From Candidatus Dojkabacteria bacterium (GTDB lineage Bacteria > Patescibacteriota > Dojkabacteria > B142 > OLB20), in NCBI GenBank assembly GCA_030583785.1, contig CP129475.1, forward strand, positions 95,559 through 159,558: 64,000 nt of DNA, given 5' to 3'. The notes under the pieces are model-generated. The model did no database searches. It saw only the letters and a program-made list of their open reading frames with translations, and was not told the origin of the DNA. A program made the position numbers and the translations under genes. Of the stretch, positions 47,388 through 56,138 are shown piece by piece; the stretch's first letter is position 1, and the number at the start of each line of letters is the position of its first letter.

Positions 47388-48956
47388 TTAAATTATTGAT
47401 CTGAGTCTATTAATATATTTCTCTTTATCTTTTGCCACGGCATCTTTTAATAGCCAGCCTGCTTTTGGTCCGTGGTTTTTTCCGATTAATGAAATGTATA
47501 TTGCTGCAAATGCTTCTTTTGTCTGTATGCCTGTTGATTTTGCGAGTTCAAAAATGGCTTGTTGAAGCTCTTCGCCTTCAGCAAAGTCTTTCGTGCTTAA
47601 CATATCTGCTAGTAGACCTAAGAATCCAAGCTGGCTTTCAGAAAGTTCATTTACTTGAGTTGGCGTTTCTTCTGCTAAGTTAAACTTTTCGGTATCAGCA
47701 GCAAATCTCTCTAACCATAATTTTGCATAAACAACTCTTTCGTCTAATAATTCTATTTCTAGTGCACTTAAGCTAGATCCTTTTTCATTTGAGAAATGAT
47801 CCCGCAAGTTGACTGATGGCATTTGCACAAGTGTAGCAACTGTCCTAAATCTTGGTAAAAAAGTAGGTTCAATTTTGTCTTTGTTTATTTGTGCTGCTTG
47901 AAAATATCTGCCTTGATCAGTTTCGGTTCCTGTTTCAAAGAAAGCTTTGGCACAGCGGTCATATTCATCAAACAAATCCGGAATTGTGTTACTGATATTT
48001 GGGTCAAAGTTAATTGCTCGCTGATAAGGTGTTCTAACATGTAAGAATCGACCAATCTGAGGTGGAAGGATTTTTACAAACTCTGCAGCAGATGTGGCAT
48101 TACCTTTTGACGAAGACATTTTTGCTCCACCGATCAAAAGAAACTCGTGTAAAAATCCGAAAGGAGGATCAGTTTTAAATACATCTTTAATTACTTCGGC
48201 GGCAATGTATCTTGATCCGCCCTTGCTGAAATGGTCTTTGCCGGCGCCTTCGATTGAAATATTCATAGCTGCCCAATGTGCAGGCCAGTCTACTTTCCAC
48301 ATCAACTTACCTGTTCCGCCAAAAGGAGAAATTCTTCCTTTATGCCCACAGCCCTTTGTCCATTCAACTAAGTTTTCTTCGCAGCTGTATGTAACAAGTT
48401 CACCGTCCCAATCTGTGACAAGGCTTGTTCCTACCTTCCCGCACTGAGGACATATAACTTGGAACGGATACCAGCCTTCTGGTTTCGTTTGTCCTGCAAC
48501 TTTCTTGTAAATATTTCTTATTACTTCGACCTCATCGAGTGCCATGCGAATATATTTATCTATTTGTCCTTGTTTATAAAGATCAGAAGATTTGTGTATC
48601 TCTGGTTTAAACCCAAGTGTGTTAAAAGCAGAAATATATTCGTTCGCATAAAACATAGCAAAATTTTCTGCTTTACCATCAGGGGAAGGAATTGAGTTAA
48701 GAGGTTTTCCCATGTGCTGCTCGTACACAGTCTTATCTAGGTATACCGGAAGACCGTCCATAGGATCCATATCATTGATCACATATGTAAAATCAACATT
48801 ATAACCGGCATCTTTTAATGCTTCGTAGATCAGACCATGTGTAGCAATAGCTCTAAGCGATCCGGCATGTGCATGTCCGGATGGGGTTTTCATATCATCG
48901 ACTCGGTAATTATTTGATTTGTCGAAGTTCTCTAACAGTTTGTCAGCCCAGTACAT
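47388..48956 (-). CDS. lysK: class I lysyl-tRNA synthetase (archaeal type)
   Basis: HIGH-like TPSGHAHAGSLR and KMSKS variant KMSSSKG. Zn/Cys region (CPQCGKVGT...CGHKG). 522 aa. The architecture matches class I LysRS rather than class II. Confidence 0.8.
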   Translation of the reverse strand: MYWADKLLENFDKSNNYRVDDMKTPSGHAHAGSLRAIATHGLIYEALKDAGYNVDFTYVINDMDPMDGLPVYLDKTVYEQHMGKPLNSIPSPDGKAENFAMFYANEYISAFNTLGFKPEIHKSSDLYKQGQIDKYIRMALDEVEVIRNIYKKVAGQTKPEGWYPFQVICPQCGKVGTSLVTDWDGELVTYSCEENLVEWTKGCGHKGRISPFGGTGKLMWKVDWPAHWAAMNISIEGAGKDHFSKGGSRYIAAEVIKDVFKTDPPFGFLHEFLLIGGAKMSSSKGNATSAAEFVKILPPQIGRFLHVRTPYQRAINFDPNISNTIPDLFDEYDRCAKAFFETGTETDQGRYFQAAQINKDKIEPTFLPRFRTVATLVQMPSVNLRDHFSNEKGSSLSALEIELLDERVVYAKLWLERFAADTEKFNLAEETPTQVNELSESQLGFLGLLADMLSTKDFAEGEELQQAIFELAKSTGIQTKEAFAAIYISLIGKNHGPKAGWLLKDAVAKDKEKYINRLRSII

Positions 48957-49000
48957 TGTTGAATTATTAAGATTTTAAATAATAACATTTATTAACTATT

Positions 49001-50452
49001 TCAGAAATGCAGGTTGCTTATATCCGAACTGCCATATTGTAAGGCTTTATTCCATCCAGAAATTACCTCTGATCTTGAACAATTTACAAACACCAAATCG
49101 TATCCTTCTGGACTTGTGGCGTTCGGAAGCGGAATTATCCCTTTTCCTGTTCTTTTATCAAAAAGTATCCCATCATTATTAAGTGATGTTAATAATTTGG
49201 AAATATCTGCGTGTTTATACTTACCAAGATAGCCTACATTTGTGATGCTACTTACTTCGAATCCTGACCTCATTAACCAAGATGCGACAGATAATGTAAA
49301 TGCTGCAGCAGAAATTCTAAAGTTACCGTCATAGATCAAAAGTGGAATAATTTCGTCGTCAATAATTTCGTTCATACCATCAAAAAAAACACTACCTGCG
49401 TATCCTTGGTCTGCAAAGATCCTGCCAAGGTTAACTAACCGATCTCTTCCAATTTGATCAAGAATTTCAGCTTCTTCCGAAACATCAAGATGACTCCCAA
49501 CATAATATTGATCAGAGTAAAGTTGTGATGTTAGTGCAATAATACCAACTTCTCCTGATGGAATGATACTAAGACCAACTCCAAAGCTCTTTACGACATC
49601 TTCGGATTTGGGGGTTTCTACAAACCTTTGAATTAGTACAGGAATGTTTTCTTCCTCTCTGTTTGGATTTTGAAGCTTCTCTGCATTTTGTTGCCTCAGT
49701 TCAAGTAATGATTCTAGGTAGGATTCCTCTGTCAAAATCACATTCACTTCACTTCCGGCATCAACTGCTGATTTTATGACCACTTTTCTCCAATCAACAT
49801 TGTATTGTGTGCAAAATTCTTCCCATGAATCTGGAAGATCGTTTATCCTTGCTAGTCGTGTCTCAACATGTCTAGGAATTACTGCTATATGATTCTGCAC
49901 ACTTTCGTAGTAGACATCTTTTCTATTTAGTCTTCTTGTAAGTTCAGCAGATTGAGTAGTGAGATCAGGATCAATACTTAGTCTGGGATATGCCTGTTTT
50001 AACAGATGCAGGTTTTCTGCCATGTATACGGGAAGTTGATTGTTAGCTAGAGGAAACAAGGAATTAAGAATTCTTAATTGCTGATACGGTGTGTATAGCC
50101 TTTTTGTTTCATTTAGACATAACATGCCATTGCCATCCGTCACGGCATAAATCGGTCTTATCTCAGGTATCTCTAATCCCAGAAATGAAGCAAGCTCAGT
50201 TACGCGACGATTAGTATCTGAAATTCTGAGTTGAAGTTCGTAAATTTCTTCGACAGAACCTTCGTTAAGGATTGGTCTTAAGCCAATCATGCTTTGTGGT
50301 AATGCATTGCCTGTTGCATAATTTCGATTAAAACGCATATCATCGTTGCCACTTTCTAGATACAACCCGGAGTTGATATCGACCACCAAAGGTTTTACAC
50401 GCTCTCTGTATGCTGTTCCGGGAACTCTTTGTTGAAGTAAATCAGGATTCAT
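49001..50452 (-). CDS. hypothetical protein with ATP-grasp-like C-terminal half
   Basis: VVIKSAVDAGSEV, PVLIQRFVE and GSVFFDGMNEIIDDEIIPLLIYDGNFRISAAA resemble the ATP-grasp K-loop, hinge and Mg/ATP-binding E.N region. The N-terminal 200 aa or so are unassigned. Confidence 0.4.
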   Translation of the reverse strand: MNPDLLQQRVPGTAYRERVKPLVVDINSGLYLESGNDDMRFNRNYATGNALPQSMIGLRPILNEGSVEEIYELQLRISDTNRRVTELASFLGLEIPEIRPIYAVTDGNGMLCLNETKRLYTPYQQLRILNSLFPLANNQLPVYMAENLHLLKQAYPRLSIDPDLTTQSAELTRRLNRKDVYYESVQNHIAVIPRHVETRLARINDLPDSWEEFCTQYNVDWRKVVIKSAVDAGSEVNVILTEESYLESLLELRQQNAEKLQNPNREEENIPVLIQRFVETPKSEDVVKSFGVGLSIIPSGEVGIIALTSQLYSDQYYVGSHLDVSEEAEILDQIGRDRLVNLGRIFADQGYAGSVFFDGMNEIIDDEIIPLLIYDGNFRISAAAFTLSVASWLMRSGFEVSSITNVGYLGKYKHADISKLLTSLNNDGILFDKRTGKGIIPLPNATSPEGYDLVFVNCSRSEVISGWNKALQYGSSDISNLHF

Positions 50453-51521
50453 TTGTAGCCAATCTAACCATTAATCTATGCATTTCTTCAAGTTCAGTAA
50501 TCTTGATGCGTTCTTCAACTGTATGCGAAAATTCTGTGCCATCTGCGAGATTCATACAAAACAGACCTTTATCATTGAAGATATTTGCATCTGAAACTCC
50601 CCAAGGGTTGCTTTCATGAGCCTCGAGACCAATAGAAGTAATAAGCAGTCGAGTTCTTTCTACAAAATCTTTGGCTTCACTTTTAGTTAGGACATATGCT
50701 CCATTCTCCCTTACCCAAGAAAGCTTATAATCTGCAGTTAATGCTTTGGTAGCTTTTGAGACTACATTTTCAAAGTTGATTTTATGTTTGTTTAAAGCCT
50801 CTTCGTTAAAGCTTCTGATTTCACCTGAGCATTGAATCCTTCCAAGCACAGTATTTCTAACGGAACCGCCCGTAATTAGTCCAATATTAATTACCGTCTG
50901 CTCGTTTATTCTACCCATCGGAAAATCTTGAATAATTCTAGAAAGAATAGTAAGTGCGTTTATTCCTTCCTCAGGCCTAGACGCGTGTGCATCTTTACCC
51001 AATATCTCCAATTCAAATCTTTCGTAGGCAGGAGATGACATAACCATAGTGCCAACTGCCTGTGATGAATCAAAACAATATCCTTCTTTGGCCATTATTA
51101 GTGACTCATCAAGAGCAAGCGCACCGTAATTTCCGGTTTCCTCTGACCTCGTAAAGATAATCTCTAGAGGTCGATTTTGAATACTTCCTTCGGTAATTAC
51201 ATAAACCGTTTCGATAATCGCCGCAATTGCAGCTTTATTATCTGCTCCAAGTATTGTTTCACCTTTAGATACAAGGTACCCATCTTTAATAACTGCCATA
51301 ATGTTTCTTCCCGGTTCTACCGTATCCATGTGAGCAGAAAAGAATAATGGAACGCCTGTACCCTCTATCGATGCTATGATGTTCCCGTAATCATCGACTC
51401 GATAAGAAATGCCCACTTTCGAGATTAGCTTTTGTAAATACTGACTAATCTCATCTTCCTCACCACTTACAGAATCTATGCGAACAATGTCTTGAAAAGT
51501 TTGTATTAAGCGTTTATTCAT
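50442..51521 (-). CDS. M20-family metallopeptidase (DapE/ArgE/PepT-like)
   Basis: HMDTV metal-binding motif, GADNKAAIAAIIE (Asp ligand region), the general acid/base Glu pair in RSEETG, and a C-terminal His. Confidence 0.75.
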   Translation of the reverse strand: MNKRLIQTFQDIVRIDSVSGEEDEISQYLQKLISKVGISYRVDDYGNIIASIEGTGVPLFFSAHMDTVEPGRNIMAVIKDGYLVSKGETILGADNKAAIAAIIETVYVITEGSIQNRPLEIIFTRSEETGNYGALALDESLIMAKEGYCFDSSQAVGTMVMSSPAYERFELEILGKDAHASRPEEGINALTILSRIIQDFPMGRINEQTVINIGLITGGSVRNTVLGRIQCSGEIRSFNEEALNKHKINFENVVSKATKALTADYKLSWVRENGAYVLTKSEAKDFVERTRLLITSIGLEAHESNPWGVSDANIFNDKGLFCMNLADGTEFSHTVEERIKITELEEMHRLMVRLATNES

Positions 51522-51674
51522 ATTACTAAAAATAAAAAAACTCCCTATTATGGGAGCAAAAAAAACAATACGGAAGTCGCCCCCTTAGATAGAGAGTTTC
51601 TTAGCCTTATTGTTAAAGTAATTTAGATTCATGACTTGAGGATTATTGCTGATTTATAATAAATTGTCAACAGT

Positions 51675-51703
51675 TTGGCAGAGTAGATAACTTTAAGTAT
51701 AAT
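51675..51703 (+). promoter_or_regulatory. sigma70-like promoter giving a leaderless or near-leaderless transcript for the formyltransferase operon
   Basis: TTGGCA (51675-51680), 17-nt spacer, TATAAT (51698-51703). The ATG is at 51711, only 8 nt after the -10 box. Confidence 0.45.
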
Positions 51704-51710
51704 TTGCCCC

Positions 51711-52478
51711 ATGAAAGCAGTCATTTTAAGTCAAAACGATCCATTCTATACAAAATTCTTTTTTAAGGAATATATTAAAAGATATAGCGAGTCACCATTT
51801 GAGTTACAAGCTGTATATCTGCTCGACCCCATGAAGGATTCATTGTTTGGACTACTTAAACGAACACTATCTTTCTATGGACCATTTGATTTCCTTAGAA
51901 TGGGTATCAAATATGTTTTCGCAAAAATCCAAGAAAAAATTGGAGTAGGGGATTCACCGTTAACTCAACTTCAGAGACTTGGCATAACAGTTGAAAAAGT
52001 TAAAAATGTTAACGACAAAGCATTTGTTGATGTTATTCGATCGTATAAGACTGATTTTTTAATCTCAGTTTCCTGCCCACAGATATTTTCGAGAGACCTC
52101 TTAAGTACAGCAAAGATAGCACCAATCAATATCCATTCAGGGAAAATCCCTTTGTACAGAGGTTTCTTTCCAAACTTCTGGCAAATGCTTAATGGAGAAA
52201 AATTTGCAACCGTGACTATCCATAAAATGGAGCCAAAAGTTGATAAGGGAAATATCATTCTAGAAATGCCTATTGAGATAAAACCGAACATGACGCTACA
52301 AGAACTAATCAAACAAACCAAAGAAGTTGCAGTAGAAGGAGTATTTGAAGTCGTCAAAAGATATAAGCAGAAGAAAATTATATTGTTCGAAAATGAAGAT
52401 TTAAAAGATACTTATTATGGCTTTCCTTCCAGAAAAGATGTCCTTTTGTTCAAACAGAAAGGTTTAAAAATACTATGA
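51711..52478 (+). CDS. formyltransferase-family protein (Fmt/PurN/ArnA N-domain-like)
   Basis: NIHSGKIPLYRGFFPNFWQMLNGEKFATVTIHKMEPKVDKGNIIL matches the formyl-transferase catalytic core (N-H-D triad context: NIH...D). No C-terminal Fmt tRNA-binding domain. Confidence 0.7.
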   Translation: MKAVILSQNDPFYTKFFFKEYIKRYSESPFELQAVYLLDPMKDSLFGLLKRTLSFYGPFDFLRMGIKYVFAKIQEKIGVGDSPLTQLQRLGITVEKVKNVNDKAFVDVIRSYKTDFLISVSCPQIFSRDLLSTAKIAPINIHSGKIPLYRGFFPNFWQMLNGEKFATVTIHKMEPKVDKGNIILEMPIEIKPNMTLQELIKQTKEVAVEGVFEVVKRYKQKKIILFENEDLKDTYYGFPSRKDVLLFKQKGLKIL

Positions 52479-53341
52479 GCAAAAGTATTATCCTTACCTT
52501 TGATGTTGAAGAATGGTTTCATACAACCTTTATGTATGAATATCTTACTAGTAGAGACATAGCTCAAAGTAGAATTTATGAGAGCTTGCAGACTTGCCTA
52601 GATCTTCTGAATGAACACGACATTGCTGCTACTTTTTTTGTTCTAGCAGAACTTGCCGAAAAGAATCCGAAAATAATAAACATGATTACAGATGCCAATC
52701 TTCGGCACGAGATTGCATCACATTCATATAGCCACGATTTGCTCTATGAGAAAAAGGATTCACAGATTAAAAAGAATATTTATAATTCAAAAAAGATATT
52801 AGAGGATTTAAGCGGTAAGTCTGTAAAAGGATTTCGTGCGCCATATTTTTCGATTAATGACCATGCTATCGAGTGTTTAGTTAATGCAGGATATAAATAC
52901 GATTCCAGCCTTCATGATTTTAGATTGAACGGCCAATATGGAACTTTAACTCTGCCAATGAAGGCAACGGATTCACCAGGAATATTTACCTATAAAACTC
53001 TCACCGAAGTTACAATTCCGGTTAAAAGGTATTTTAATCTTTTAACGCTGCCATTCGGAGGCGGAGGATATTATAGATTGTATCCACTTGTTCTGCAGGA
53101 GTATTGGATAAGATCATTCTTAAAAACAAGCGACTATTTTATGATGTATCTTCATCCTTGGGAATTTGATTCAAATCAGCCTTACATCACAAAGGCTCCT
53201 TTCCTTAAAAGATTTCGTCATTATGTCGGCATTAAAAGTCATAAACAAAAAACTGACAGTCTTATTCGCAATCTTAAATCATCAAACTTTAAGTTCAAAA
53301 CGCTCTCAGAGTATTTATCAAACAAGAAATTGACAAAATAG
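52475..53341 (+). CDS. polysaccharide deacetylase family protein (NodB-homology, DUF3473-type)
   Basis: LTFDVEEWFH N-terminal motif typical of the FDVEDWF subfamily of NodB-like deacetylases. Further His residues (HSYSHD) are present. Confidence 0.65.
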   Translation: MSKSIILTFDVEEWFHTTFMYEYLTSRDIAQSRIYESLQTCLDLLNEHDIAATFFVLAELAEKNPKIINMITDANLRHEIASHSYSHDLLYEKKDSQIKKNIYNSKKILEDLSGKSVKGFRAPYFSINDHAIECLVNAGYKYDSSLHDFRLNGQYGTLTLPMKATDSPGIFTYKTLTEVTIPVKRYFNLLTLPFGGGGYYRLYPLVLQEYWIRSFLKTSDYFMMYLHPWEFDSNQPYITKAPFLKRFRHYVGIKSHKQKTDSLIRNLKSSNFKFKTLSEYLSNKKLTK

Positions 53342-53441
53342 TATAACTAATTATAATTTGAGCATGAATTATTTAAATAGGTCACAAAGTTGTTGTTGTA
53401 AATAGATTTATTTCTATTTTACGACTCTACCTATTTATTTA

Positions 53442-54158
53442 ATGAAAACTCAATATCTTCCAGACTTCAAATTTCCAAAAACTGTAAAATCAATACTCGT
53501 TTTCGTTGCTCATCCGGACGATGAAAGCGCCTTTACCTCAGGTTTAATTAATAAAGCAATACGAGAAAAATTAGATGTAAGAGTGATTGTCATGAGCAAA
53601 GGTGAAAACAGTACAAATAGATATAGACTAGATCCAAATATGGATCTAGCTTCGACTCGTGAATATGAGCTAATTAATGCATTGCAAAAGCTGGGAGTTA
53701 GTAACTATTCAATTGAAAATCTTCCCGATGGTGGACTTTCAAATTATACAGAAGAAATGCTGAAAATAATCGATTTCGAGAGAAATCAGAAAGCAACACA
53801 ACTTTTTGTTACTCTCGAACCTTCAGGGATCTATGGGCATCCTGATCATATCGCTCTGACTCAAACCGTAACGCAATACACAGATATATATAATCTACCC
53901 TTAATTTTTGCAACTATAAAACAGCAAATTATGCCAGCTCAAGATATGCTATCCATGGGTATTGATCCTGAATTAATCTCTCCTCTAGAACCATCACATA
54001 AAATTTCTTTAAACTTGGAAGCTCGCATAAGAAAATATTTAGCACTAAGAGCTCATCGCAGCCAATTTGAACATTCTTTGAAATGGACTTATGATTGGTA
54101 CAAGAAAGGACTATTTACTGAAGAATACTATACATTAAACTACGATTATGAAATCTGA
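53442..54158 (+). CDS. PIG-L/LmbE-family N-acetylglucosaminyl deacetylase
   Basis: ILVFVAHPDDESAF (AHPDDE zinc-binding motif) and a downstream HPDH motif. Confidence 0.7.
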   Translation: MKTQYLPDFKFPKTVKSILVFVAHPDDESAFTSGLINKAIREKLDVRVIVMSKGENSTNRYRLDPNMDLASTREYELINALQKLGVSNYSIENLPDGGLSNYTEEMLKIIDFERNQKATQLFVTLEPSGIYGHPDHIALTQTVTQYTDIYNLPLIFATIKQQIMPAQDMLSMGIDPELISPLEPSHKISLNLEARIRKYLALRAHRSQFEHSLKWTYDWYKKGLFTEEYYTLNYDYEI

Positions 54159-54450
54159 CAAGAAAACTGGTGAACATCCACTAATCAATTATCTAAAGAA
54201 GCATCAAGAAAAAACTATCGCCGGTAACAAAGAATACTATGAGATTCTATATTATCGAGATGGTCAATTTTATAACACTGGTGGGTCAACATATCCTTTA
54301 GAAGAAGAGTTCAATAATGAAATTTCTGAAGAAGCTGTGACAGATAAACTCATAAGCTATTATTTAGATAAATGTGATACATTCGCTCTAAAGAAACCTT
54401 CTACTACTCGAGAATGGGAAATCTTTCTTGAAGAGAACTGGCATATATAG
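54148..54450 (+). CDS. hypothetical protein
   Basis: 100-aa ORF overlapping the preceding gene's stop. I recognise no motifs. Confidence 0.4.
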   Translation: MKSDKKTGEHPLINYLKKHQEKTIAGNKEYYEILYYRDGQFYNTGGSTYPLEEEFNNEISEEAVTDKLISYYLDKCDTFALKKPSTTREWEIFLEENWHI

Positions 54451-55395
54451 CTATTTTGTGCTTTCAACTCTTATCCAACTAGTTACGAGCTTTTTAGGTG
54501 CAAAGAATTTCAAGCTATAGATGCGTATCCATAGTAGCAGTCGCATAGGGTAGAGAAGTAAAGACCAAAAGAATTCCTTGAGATTGCTTGCATATCTAAG
54601 AGGGAATAGAAACATTTTCAAATCATCGATTAATGTCCTTGCCCGTTTACTATTATCAACCAAGCCCATCTGCTTAAGTTGTATATAACCACCCGTAGAT
54701 CTAATTTTCTGCTTAAAATAGTCTGTCAAATGTTTAGGGTAGCTAACATAAGCAGCAGCTTCTGGATTATAGCCTAGAACTCCGCCATCCTTCGTAATCA
54801 TTAATGAAATGTAGGCATCATCAACTAATACTTCTGTAGGAATCGTAAAATTCAGAAGTTCAGTTCTAACTGCCATAATATAACCAGATAACGGGAAATA
54901 TTTTTGATTAGAATTTCCATTCATTTGTGCTATGCGACTGACATGAAGTGCCTCTGTAAATAAGTGACTAATATAGCCGAAATAATTGTTTTTTGTGTCT
55001 ATACTTATTTGCCTGCCTGAAACACCAACTAGGTGTGGATATCTTTCAAACTCATCTATAAGTATCTTTACAGAATTCTTTTTGAACGAAATATCTCCAT
55101 CCGTAAGAATAGTAATTGCTCCTTTAACTTCTTTTAAACATAGATTTAGTGCGGTTGGTTTTCCGTTGTTATCATCTTGAATAAATACACAGTCTTGATG
55201 TTTAAACTTTGTTACAGCAGTTTTTGCTGCTGATAATGTTGGCCTATCAGGGGCTGCAATAATTAGCTGAATTTCTCCAAAGAAGCCGGAGTATGTTCTA
55301 TCTAGTATTGAGGCAATTGTATTACCGATTGTTTTTGGCTCGTTGTAGGATGTAATTACAACCGAGATTCGCTTAGTCTGATTCTGTTTGTGCAT
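54451..55395 (-). CDS. family 2 glycosyltransferase
   Basis: RISVVITSYNEP near the N-terminus and a DGD (DxD) motif, both typical of GT2. I trimmed the start to the internal ATG at 55395. It still overlaps the HIT gene by about 22 nt. Confidence 0.75.
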   Translation of the reverse strand: MHKQNQTKRISVVITSYNEPKTIGNTIASILDRTYSGFFGEIQLIIAAPDRPTLSAAKTAVTKFKHQDCVFIQDDNNGKPTALNLCLKEVKGAITILTDGDISFKKNSVKILIDEFERYPHLVGVSGRQISIDTKNNYFGYISHLFTEALHVSRIAQMNGNSNQKYFPLSGYIMAVRTELLNFTIPTEVLVDDAYISLMITKDGGVLGYNPEAAAYVSYPKHLTDYFKQKIRSTGGYIQLKQMGLVDNSKRARTLIDDLKMFLFPLRYASNLKEFFWSLLLYPMRLLLWIRIYSLKFFAPKKLVTSWIRVESTK

Positions 55396-55774
55396 CAATT
55401 TCTTCTTGTAAAAGTTTTGCAATTTGCTCTCGAGATTGTTCAATCGGAGGTTGTTCATATCTGGGTACAATATGAAGATGGTAATGCATAATTACCTGTT
55501 TAGCTAAAGCCCCATTATTCTGAATTATATTGATTCCTTCTGCATGCATTGATTTCTTAATCGCAAGGGCAACTTTTTTTGCAAGAGGAAGAATCAATTC
55601 TGCTTGACTATCTTCAAGTTCAAAAATATTTTCTTTGTGATTTTTAGTTAGAATTAGGCAATGTCCAACTTCCTCTGGGTATGCGTCAAGAATGCAAAGT
55701 AAGTTGTCAGATTCAAAAACAATATTTGCTTTTACCTCTTTACTAACTATTTTGCAAAATATGCAATCTTTCAT
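55373..55774 (-). CDS. HIT-family (histidine triad) nucleotide hydrolase/transferase
   Basis: CIFCKIV N-terminus and histidine triad HYHLHIVPR. Confidence 0.8.
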   Translation of the reverse strand: MKDCIFCKIVSKEVKANIVFESDNLLCILDAYPEEVGHCLILTKNHKENIFELEDSQAELILPLAKKVALAIKKSMHAEGINIIQNNGALAKQVIMHYHLHIVPRYEQPPIEQSREQIAKLLQEEIDAQTESD

Positions 55775-55784
55775 GATTGTAGCT

Positions 55785-56138
55785 TTAAAATAAATCTAGT
55801 TGTGACTTTTTGGCTGTTAATACCTTCTTGTCTTTCTTTCCAAAAGTTATCTTACAAATTTGAGATAACTTCCACATAAATACCTTACCCTTGTTTTTTG
55901 TGTTCGGATAATCAGAAGCAAATGAGGCTGCAGCTTCAAGTTTAGCTCTGGGTAATTGCTTTGCTAGTTTAATGTATAGAGCTTTGTGTTTAAGATCGTT
56001 TAATTGATGTGCAAGTCGCAAACCAAAGTCTTGAAACTCTTCTGAGACATATTTATTTGCCTCACTATAACGATCTATGAAATCATTGTTTAAAAGTATG
56101 TCTTTTGCTGATTTAGGCTCTTTTCGTTTAGGAAGCAT
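55785..56138 (-). CDS. hypothetical basic protein
   Basis: 117 aa, Lys-rich. I recognise no family. Confidence 0.4.
   Translation of the reverse strand: MLPKRKEPKSAKDILLNNDFIDRYSEANKYVSEEFQDFGLRLAHQLNDLKHKALYIKLAKQLPRAKLEAAASFASDYPNTKNKGKVFMWKLSQICKITFGKKDKKVLTAKKSQLDLF

Noticed and set aside
51547-51578. AAAAAAACTCCC-tattat-GGGAGCAAAAAAAA hairpin flanked by A-runs, considered as a bidirectional terminator.
   Set aside because: It lies between two divergently transcribed gene starts, 51521(-) and 51711(+), so it is upstream of both genes rather than downstream. The 5-bp stem is weak. It is more likely part of an AT-rich divergent promoter region.
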